Source: an uncultured Lachnospiraceae bacterium
Lineage (GTDB): Bacteria > Bacillota > Clostridia > Lachnospirales > Lachnospiraceae
Direction of reading: 5' to 3'
Length of the DNA stretch: 64,000 nucleotides
NCBI GenBank assembly: GCA_944384105.1
Contig: CALWSC010000041.1
Coordinates: 2,763 to 66,762 of the forward strand
Below the pieces are notes generated by a model, which did not search any database, was not told where the DNA came from, and saw nothing but the letters and a program-made list of their open reading frames with translations. The position numbers were made by a program, and so were the translations under genes. Below, piece by piece: positions 10,039-17,462 of the stretch; the first letter of the stretch is position 1; every line of letters starts with the position of its first letter.

Positions 10039-10716
10039 TCATTCTTTTATCAGTCCTTTGTCAGCCAGGGCTCTTTTCAGAGCCGCCGCGCCAAACCGCG
10101 GGCTTGAGAGTACCGGCTTATGATATTCCTTTTCCAATTCGCTTTCCACATATGCCATCGATCCCTGCGCAAGCAGAATCACATCCACCTGATCCGCTAT
10201 CTGTCCTGCCTTATCGCTCAGCACCTGTCTGAACTGCTCCTGGTCCAGTCCGAAAGCTCCGTCCACCAGCCCGTCCACCAGCGTAACTCTTGCTCCCATC
10301 TCTCTTGCCACTCTCAGAATTGTATTCTTCGTGGGCTCAAGCGTGGTCGGCAGTGTCGCAAGGACTCCGATTTTCTTTCCAAGCCTTACCGCTTCCCTGC
10401 ACATCTCCTCATCAATACGCACAATCGGCACGCCTGTGAATTTTCCGATGCTCATCGCCGCATCCGCCGCCTCTCCTACAGAAGAACAGCAATTTAAAAT
10501 CACATCTGCACCGTCGGCAGTCGCCTGCATAAACATTGCTGTCAGCCGCGCTGCCGCCGGTGCGGTCACATATCCCGCCTCACGGACTTCCGCCAGAATC
10601 GACGGATCTTCATAATTCATCAATTCCACTGTTTTTCCAAGATTCCTGTAGATTTCTGTATTTACCGTCTCGATCAGTTCCGGTGTCGTACTTGTATATA
10701 CAATTCCCGCCTTCAT
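10039..10716 (-). CDS. Asp/Glu/hydantoin racemase superfamily protein (single conserved Cys)
   Basis: The track ORF 10039..10836 is trimmed to the ATG at 10714-10716 (MKAGIVYTST...). This start has a GGAGG RBS and forms an ATGA overlap with the GH42 stop. Motifs LNCCSSVGE and LLAQGSMAY. Confidence 0.7.
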   Translation of the reverse strand: MKAGIVYTSTTPELIETVNTEIYRNLGKTVELMNYEDPSILAEVREAGYVTAPAAARLTAMFMQATADGADVILNCCSSVGEAADAAMSIGKFTGVPIVRIDEEMCREAVRLGKKIGVLATLPTTLEPTKNTILRVAREMGARVTLVDGLVDGAFGLDQEQFRQVLSDKAGQIADQVDVILLAQGSMAYVESELEKEYHKPVLSSPRFGAAALKRALADKGLIKE

Positions 10717-12812
10717 CCCATTACCTCCATTTCCGGAATCGCCGCCATACCCGAGCCGGCAGCTTTTCCTGTATTCTTTCTCTCGAGAAAAATTCTTACA
10801 TCCATTGGTTCCACGAAGTTTTCCTGTGCGGGACACGATCCCGCCAGAAAGTCTTCCCCGGACACCTGCGGGATTTTTACCCTCTCTTTGCCGTAATTCA
10901 GCCAGAAGTGATAACGGTATTCTCCGTTTTCCCTACAGTGATATTCCACTTCCTGCGGGATTTCAGATACAGGAATCCCGGCTTCTGTAAGCGCCCGGGC
11001 GATCAATTTTTCCATTGCTTTGTCATCCAGGCGCGCTCCTGTATACCACGCCGCTCCTCCGTTGTTTCCGCATTTTTTTCTCGTAACGGCGGCGCCTCCG
11101 GCATAATAGTCGTCTGTATACGTTCCCAGAATCTCCGCGTCCTGTACCCGCAGCACCTCTGCAAAATCGCGGACTTCTCCGATGCTTCCGTCCGCAAATC
11201 TTATGCCATTTCTGTCTGATGGATACAGCGTGTCCACTTCCTCGCTGTATGCGCCGAACAGTTCCTTCAGTCCCGCGCCCGGGAACCCGCCCAGATAGCA
11301 CAGCGTATTCTGATCGACATAACCTGCCAGATACGTCGCAAAAAGCTGTCCGCCGCCGCGCACATATGCGCGCAGGCGTTCTGCCGTATCCTCTTCTATC
11401 AAATACATCATGGGCGCAAACACAGCTCCGTATCCGCCCATATCATCTCTGCGCGAGATGATATCAGCTTCCACGCCGAGCCGGGCAAGTATCCGGTAAA
11501 AGCTCAGACATGTTTTTTCATACTGCTTTTTCTGCTGACTAAGTCCCTTCATATCATCGATCGCCCAGCGGTTATCCCAGTCAAACAGAATCGCCGCCTG
11601 CGCCCGCACAATGCTTTTTGTCACCGGCTGAAGCTTTTTGAGGATCTGTCCCGTCTGCTCCACTTCGCGGAAAATTCTCGTATCATCTCTTCCCAGATGA
11701 TCCACTACAGCTCCGTGATACTGCTCAAAAGAACCGCGGCTCTTGCGCCACTGAAAATACTGCACGCTGTCAGATCCGCAGGCAATCGCCTGAACTGCCG
11801 CCAGCTTATGCATCCCGGGGCGCTTCTGCTTGTTAAACTCATGCCAGTTTACAGCTCCGGGAACGCTCTCCATCAAAAGGAACGGGCGGTCTTTGCACAT
11901 CCCGCGCATCACGCTGTGATCAAACGCATTCTCTATACAGGTATCATACAGGCTCTCATAATCATTATGATATCTCGGGTAACTGTCCCACGAGATCACA
12001 TCCAGTTCCTTCGCCATCCTACGGTAATCCAGGCCCGGATACAGCTTCATAAAATTCGTCGTCACCGGAATCTGCGGCGTCAGGGAACGGAATACTTCAA
12101 TTTCAGACTTCATATAGTCCGTCATGTTCCACGTAGTAAACCGCTTCCACTCCAGATTCAGGCCCATAATACTGTTCTCTCCGTTGGCAAACGGAGGTTC
12201 AATCTGATCAAATCTCTGATAGCGGTGACTCCAGAAGGTGGTCCACCACGCCTGGTTCAGAGTTTCGATATCTCCATGAAACTTATCGCTTAGATACTCC
12301 TGGAACTTCTTCCGGCACAGCGGACAGAAGCAGGCTCCTCCCAGTTCATTGGAAATATGCCACAGTATCAGACCGGGATGTTTTCCGAAATGCTCCGCCA
12401 GCCGGACGTTTATCTCCCTTACCTTCCGGCGGAAATCAGGCGATGTCATACAGTGATTATGCCGAACGCCGTGATGGCGTCTCTGCCCTCTTTCATCCGT
12501 CCTCAGCGCCTCCGGATATTTCTCATCCAGCCACGCCGGCTTCGCTCCGGACGGTGTGGCCAGAATCGTCCGGATTCCATTTTCGTACAGCCGGTCCATA
12601 ATGTCTTTCAGCCATTCCAAATGATAGTCGCCCTCCTGCGGCTCCAGAACGGACCAGGAGAATACGCCGAGCGTCGCGACATTTACTCCCGCCTTTTTCA
12701 TCATACGGATATCTTCTTTCAGAATATCCGGGCGGTCCAGCCATTGCTCCGGATTATAATCTCCTCCATGAAGCAATTCCTGATTGGCAAGCGCAATACG
12801 TTGTCTTTCCAT
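10713..12812 (-). CDS. GH42 beta-galactosidase family enzyme
   Basis: 699-aa ORF; N-terminus HGGDYNPEQW...GVNVATLGVFSWSVLEPQEGDY is the classic GH42 pattern. Confidence 0.9.
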   Translation of the reverse strand: MERQRIALANQELLHGGDYNPEQWLDRPDILKEDIRMMKKAGVNVATLGVFSWSVLEPQEGDYHLEWLKDIMDRLYENGIRTILATPSGAKPAWLDEKYPEALRTDERGQRRHHGVRHNHCMTSPDFRRKVREINVRLAEHFGKHPGLILWHISNELGGACFCPLCRKKFQEYLSDKFHGDIETLNQAWWTTFWSHRYQRFDQIEPPFANGENSIMGLNLEWKRFTTWNMTDYMKSEIEVFRSLTPQIPVTTNFMKLYPGLDYRRMAKELDVISWDSYPRYHNDYESLYDTCIENAFDHSVMRGMCKDRPFLLMESVPGAVNWHEFNKQKRPGMHKLAAVQAIACGSDSVQYFQWRKSRGSFEQYHGAVVDHLGRDDTRIFREVEQTGQILKKLQPVTKSIVRAQAAILFDWDNRWAIDDMKGLSQQKKQYEKTCLSFYRILARLGVEADIISRRDDMGGYGAVFAPMMYLIEEDTAERLRAYVRGGGQLFATYLAGYVDQNTLCYLGGFPGAGLKELFGAYSEEVDTLYPSDRNGIRFADGSIGEVRDFAEVLRVQDAEILGTYTDDYYAGGAAVTRKKCGNNGGAAWYTGARLDDKAMEKLIARALTEAGIPVSEIPQEVEYHCRENGEYRYHFWLNYGKERVKIPQVSGEDFLAGSCPAQENFVEPMDVRIFLERKNTGKAAGSGMAAIPEMEVMG

Positions 12813-12828
12813 TTGCTTTTCTCCTCTC

Positions 12829-14862
12829 TCAGGCTTCCTGCCGGCTGCCCGGCGTTCCTTCTGCGCAGACCATTACCGCCCGCGGCGCCATTTGCACGCG
12901 CCCGGTCACTGTGCGGCCTGTCAGAAGATCTGTCAGATGTTCTTCTCCAAAATCTATCCACGCTTCCGCTCTGTTGTGATTGATCACAAACACGGTGTTC
13001 TCTTTTTCTTTGACTCTTACGGTAATCTCCACCCCGTCCTGCGCCGGATACAGCGAAGTCACGCCCTGCAGGCTGCAGATTTTTGAGATAAATTCACGGA
13101 GAAATTCTTCATCCGGCTCTGTGCCGATATAGTATGCGGCGCCCTTCCCATAATGATTTTCCGTCAGGCACGGCATGCCCTGATAGAAATCCTTCCCATA
13201 TACGGCCAGGCTCTTTGCTCCCTCTGTGTGCAGCAGGTCGCACAGGAATCCGCAGGCGTAACTGTCTTTGCTCAGGCCAGCTTCCTCTTTCATGCACATG
13301 ATGTTCGTCTCTTCCGGCCGCAGCGCGTCAGTCTCCTCCACGCGTATCCCCAGAATGTTCTTTAAAGGTCCGGGATATTCCCCATAAATACATCGGTCGT
13401 TTTCATCCGCGATTCCGGACATGACAGTCGCCAGCAGCGTACCGCCGTTTCTGACAAACACTTCCAGCTTCTTTGCAATGTTGTCCTTTATCATATAGAG
13501 CATCGGAGCAACCACCACGCGGTACTGGTCCAGGTTCTCGTCAAACCGGACGATATCCACCGGTATATTCTGCTCGAAAAATGCCCGGTAGTATTTCGAC
13601 ACAGTCTTTAAATAGTCCATATCCCGGCTCGGTCCGCTTGAGAGTTCCAGCGCCCACCAGTTATTCCAGTCAAACAGGATCGCTGCCTGTGCCCGGATCC
13701 GTCCGCCGGGTATCCGGTTTCCCAGTTTTTTCATCTCAGCCCCGAGCTGGCTCATCTCCCTGAAAACCCTCGTATCCTCTCTGCCGGAGTGGCTGATCAG
13801 AGCCCCATGGAACTTCTCCTGTCCCGCAATAGACTGGCGCATCTGAAAGAACAGGCAGGTATCCGCCCCATGTGCAATCGCCTGATAGCTCAGCTCGCGC
13901 ACTTCCTGCGGACGCTTCAGCTTATTATACGGCTGCCAGTTCTGCTGATTCGGGGACTGTTCGGTAAGCCAGTACGACTGTCCATGCCGCAGACCGCGCA
14001 TAATCTCATGCTTCATCGCTATGAAATACGGCGGATCTGTGGGTGCCGGATAATTATCCCATCCTACCATATCCAGATGCTCCGCCATAACTCTCTGATC
14101 CAGCTTTCTGATATATCCCGACATATTTGTCATCACCGGGATCTTGGGATTATACCGCCGAAGCACTGAAGCCTCATTCTCAAAGCACTCCGCAGTGGAA
14201 TCCGTCAGAAACCGCATGTAGTCGAGCTGCGCGACAGGATAAAACCGGTAATCGTCATTGAGTTCCGTGGGCATCATCACGTCGTCAAAGCTATAAACGG
14301 TGCGTCCCCAAAAGGACGTATGCCATTTTTCATTAAAATTTTCCACGGTTTTATACCGTCTCTTCAGCCAGAGCCTGAACTTTGCCTGACAGGTCGGGCA
14401 ATAGCAGGAGGTTCCATACTCGTTTGATACATGCCATGCCGCCAGCGCCGGATGATGCGCGTAGCGCTTTGCCATCTCCTCTGCGATTGCCGCCGCCCTC
14501 TCCCGGTATTTCAGGCTGTTCACGCAAAAGAAAACTCTCATGCCGTGCGTGCGCTTTCTCCCCGCTATATCGACAGGAAGCACCTCGGGATACTTTCTGG
14601 ACAGCCATGCGGGCTGTGCGGTTGTCGGCGTGGCAAGACAGATATGTATCCCATGCGACCAGATCTTATCGATGATCCGGTCCAGCCAGCCGAAATCATA
14701 CTCTCCTTCCGACGGTTCCAGCTTTGCCCAGGAAAATACCGGAAGCACTACCAGATTTACGCCCGCCTTCTCAAAGAGTTCCATATCTCTGTCAATCGTA
14801 GCGTCATCCCACTGATCCGGGTTGTAATCTCCTCCGAAATAGATTCTGTCAGCAACTTTCAT
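12829..14862 (-). CDS. GH42 beta-galactosidase family enzyme (paralog)
   Basis: 678-aa ORF; FGGDYNPDQW...GVNLVVLPVFSWAKLEPSEGEY. ATG at 14862 (the track uses the GTG at 14865). It overlaps the upstream gene's 3' end. Confidence 0.9.
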   Translation of the reverse strand: MKVADRIYFGGDYNPDQWDDATIDRDMELFEKAGVNLVVLPVFSWAKLEPSEGEYDFGWLDRIIDKIWSHGIHICLATPTTAQPAWLSRKYPEVLPVDIAGRKRTHGMRVFFCVNSLKYRERAAAIAEEMAKRYAHHPALAAWHVSNEYGTSCYCPTCQAKFRLWLKRRYKTVENFNEKWHTSFWGRTVYSFDDVMMPTELNDDYRFYPVAQLDYMRFLTDSTAECFENEASVLRRYNPKIPVMTNMSGYIRKLDQRVMAEHLDMVGWDNYPAPTDPPYFIAMKHEIMRGLRHGQSYWLTEQSPNQQNWQPYNKLKRPQEVRELSYQAIAHGADTCLFFQMRQSIAGQEKFHGALISHSGREDTRVFREMSQLGAEMKKLGNRIPGGRIRAQAAILFDWNNWWALELSSGPSRDMDYLKTVSKYYRAFFEQNIPVDIVRFDENLDQYRVVVAPMLYMIKDNIAKKLEVFVRNGGTLLATVMSGIADENDRCIYGEYPGPLKNILGIRVEETDALRPEETNIMCMKEEAGLSKDSYACGFLCDLLHTEGAKSLAVYGKDFYQGMPCLTENHYGKGAAYYIGTEPDEEFLREFISKICSLQGVTSLYPAQDGVEITVRVKEKENTVFVINHNRAEAWIDFGEEHLTDLLTGRTVTGRVQMAPRAVMVCAEGTPGSRQEA

Positions 14863-17458
14863 CACGCTGTTCCTCCTTCTCTTTCCATGTTTCCAGCACC
14901 GGCGCAGCTTCCAGACCTGTCGCTTTGATCTGCAGATGCGTCGACGCCCCGTCTCTGCGCTCCCATACGAGCGTGGTCGTTACCTCTATGCACAGTGTAT
15001 TTTCCCCGTCGGCCAGAGCTTTTGTTATATCCGTCCTGCCGGGGAAATTTACTATATATCCGCAATCCTTCCCGTTCAGAAAAATCCGTGCAATATCCCC
15101 GGCGCACGGCAGGCAGAGCAGATACCGATTCTCTCCCTTCTTTACATGAAAGCTGCCCTCATAGCGGTACGTCCCCGCAAAACGCGGATCCAGCAAATTC
15201 ATATTCGGAAATTCCAGTCCGGGGGCAAGCTTTGCAATGCGCTTAAATTGCTGCTCACCGTATGCTTTCCGGCTCACGTCCCACGCAGTCTCCACCGTCT
15301 GTCCGCATATTTTCACAGGCAGAGACGGCAGACCGTTTCCATCCTCCTCCAAAATCAAAAAGACAGACTCTCCCGGTTCGAGAGACAACGGCACTGTGTT
15401 TTCCTCCGTTTTCCATGAATCACAGACATTTCTCCACAGATCGGCACGCGTAATTTTCCGGAAAGTCCCGGCTTTTCTGTTCAGATACAGTGTAAGCTCC
15501 GCCTTCTGCGACACACTCTCATTTAAAAACATGCAGATAACTCCATCCGGCTGCGGCACGGCAAAGCTGCGCAGATCCGGGCAGAAGCGGCTCGGTGTAA
15601 AGAACACATCCGTACTGCGGCGTACCGCATCGGCAAGCGCTCCGAGGCTGACAAGCTGTACTCTGCGGTAAAATGCTTCTCCCAGGCGCCGTCCGTCTGT
15701 ATCCCGGTCAGGAAGAAAATCCACGGCAAATACAGGGAAATCTTCCAGATCTTCCCGCTCGAGAAAACGCGCTGTCTGTACGGGAATTCTCTCACATCCC
15801 GGAAGGATCAGAACCGGATATTCTTCTGCTGCGAGTTTTAGCTTTCCATCGCTGACCTGCGCTTCTGCAAACAGGTCGTCCGGCACAATGTCCGCATCCA
15901 TCTGATGTTCCATCAGAACCCGCACCGGCTTCTGGCTGAGCATTGTCCTGCATCCGCTCCACTCTGCATCCGCATGGTACAGCACTGCCGCCTCCCGCAC
16001 CGGCTTTCCCGCGCTCAGAAGATGCGCGGCGCGGTTCAGATAGCGCATCAGATATCCGAACGCTTCAAACTGCGGGTTCTCCCCTCCCGCGTAAAAATGG
16101 GGCGGGCAGTCCGTATCCTGCTTCTTCATGGAAAACGCGTGCGGCGTATACCGGTTGATCCCGCGAACCAGCATATGGTCTGAGAGCCATTTCATAAAGG
16201 ATACGCCCTCCGCCCATCCATAATTGCCGAAAATCTCGCAGAGCGCGCGTCCCTTCTTCTTTTCGTCAAGGTGCGCGGCTGAGCTCGCCAGCTTTGCCAG
16301 ACCGAAGTGGAAAAATTCCCCATCGCTGTCTCCCGCAATCCACTGATGGATCTTTCCGGTAAATCCCGGGACGATCTGATGATGCACCACATCGATACCC
16401 GCCATATCCTGCCCCTTCATTTCGCGGAAATAGTGCCCGATGCTGCATCCCAGTCTGCCGTGCGCATTATCGTCTTCAATAATATGCCCGATGTACGAGA
16501 CGCCGTGTTCCCGGCACCATGCGCCGATCTGGCCGCTGAAACACTGATATACGAGCGCGCTCACACTGTCCATAAACTGCGCCCGCACAGAAGCCGTTTT
16601 TTCTCCCATGTCATACCAGAGCGCCGGCAGATTTTCCAGAAACGCAGCTCCCCAGCGCGCTTGCAGTTTCTCCTGAAGCTGCCGGCTCCACGGCAGACGG
16701 ATGCCGGCCTGTCCGGGCATGCAGTCAAACGGATAGCCCGGCACATTTCCAATCTCCGGCTCATCCGAAAAGAATCCGGCAAACGTCTTTCCGAAATCGC
16801 TGCGGTATCTCTCATAGTGTTTCTCATATACTTCATCGATCAGCACGCGGACAGATTCCGAATCGATCAGATTCATATAGTGTTCCCTGCCGCCTCCCGA
16901 CCTGGTGGTGTAAAGTACGAACAGCCGGTACGCGCCTTTTGGCAGATCATAATAAACAAATCCATCCCGATACTGTTCTGTCAGATTCAAAACGCCGTCT
17001 CCCGAGACCGCCAGCGTATCGCTGTCCGGTTTCGGACACGCCAGAATACCCAGCAATTCTCCGTCCGGCTGCAGAAAATTTTCCACCAGCGAAGCGCCGC
17101 TCCGGCACGGGCCCATGAGATCCACATGGCGCTCCGCCAGATAAACCTTCGACAGCTCAGGATACTTTTTCTCAAAAGCTCCGTTTGCATAGCCGGTAGG
17201 AAATTTTCTGTCATCCAGCACCCATATGCGCATCTGCCGTTTTCTCGCCTCTTCCATGATGAAATCCAGATTTTTCCACCACCCTTCGCCGCAAAAATCC
17301 GGATGCGGGCGGGATTCCAGGCAAAGCTCACGGATACCGCACTCCTGTACCCTCTCGATCTCCCTTAATATGGTCTGATTGTCCTCTCCCTTCAGCCAGA
17401 AAAAAGGGAAAATATAACTGCCCTCCCGGTTCTCTAATATTTCGTTCAGCCGCTGCAT
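14849..17458 (-). CDS. Putative glycoside hydrolase, family not assignable by eye (N-terminal TIM-barrel-like region, C-terminal jelly-roll/GH2-type sugar-binding-like region)
   Basis: 869-aa ORF with a GGAGG RBS. N-terminus YIFPFFWLKGEDNQTILREIERVQECGIRELCLESRPHPDF. Sits between GH78 and GH42 in the same operon. Confidence 0.55.
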   Translation of the reverse strand: MQRLNEILENREGSYIFPFFWLKGEDNQTILREIERVQECGIRELCLESRPHPDFCGEGWWKNLDFIMEEARKRQMRIWVLDDRKFPTGYANGAFEKKYPELSKVYLAERHVDLMGPCRSGASLVENFLQPDGELLGILACPKPDSDTLAVSGDGVLNLTEQYRDGFVYYDLPKGAYRLFVLYTTRSGGGREHYMNLIDSESVRVLIDEVYEKHYERYRSDFGKTFAGFFSDEPEIGNVPGYPFDCMPGQAGIRLPWSRQLQEKLQARWGAAFLENLPALWYDMGEKTASVRAQFMDSVSALVYQCFSGQIGAWCREHGVSYIGHIIEDDNAHGRLGCSIGHYFREMKGQDMAGIDVVHHQIVPGFTGKIHQWIAGDSDGEFFHFGLAKLASSAAHLDEKKKGRALCEIFGNYGWAEGVSFMKWLSDHMLVRGINRYTPHAFSMKKQDTDCPPHFYAGGENPQFEAFGYLMRYLNRAAHLLSAGKPVREAAVLYHADAEWSGCRTMLSQKPVRVLMEHQMDADIVPDDLFAEAQVSDGKLKLAAEEYPVLILPGCERIPVQTARFLEREDLEDFPVFAVDFLPDRDTDGRRLGEAFYRRVQLVSLGALADAVRRSTDVFFTPSRFCPDLRSFAVPQPDGVICMFLNESVSQKAELTLYLNRKAGTFRKITRADLWRNVCDSWKTEENTVPLSLEPGESVFLILEEDGNGLPSLPVKICGQTVETAWDVSRKAYGEQQFKRIAKLAPGLEFPNMNLLDPRFAGTYRYEGSFHVKKGENRYLLCLPCAGDIARIFLNGKDCGYIVNFPGRTDITKALADGENTLCIEVTTTLVWERRDGASTHLQIKATGLEAAPVLETWKEKEEQRDESC

Positions 17459-17462
17459 ACTT

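Noticed and set aside
10717-10836. N-terminal extensions of track ORFs, for example 10039..10836, 17463..20093, 22937..23977, 31152..32405, 32329..33075, 33131..34918, 35438..37579, 39336..39773, 41204..42601 and 50952..51815.
   Set aside because: The extensions overlap the upstream gene in another frame and lack an RBS. Internal starts have GGAGG-type RBS sites and give N-termini matching the family (signal peptides, conserved first motifs).
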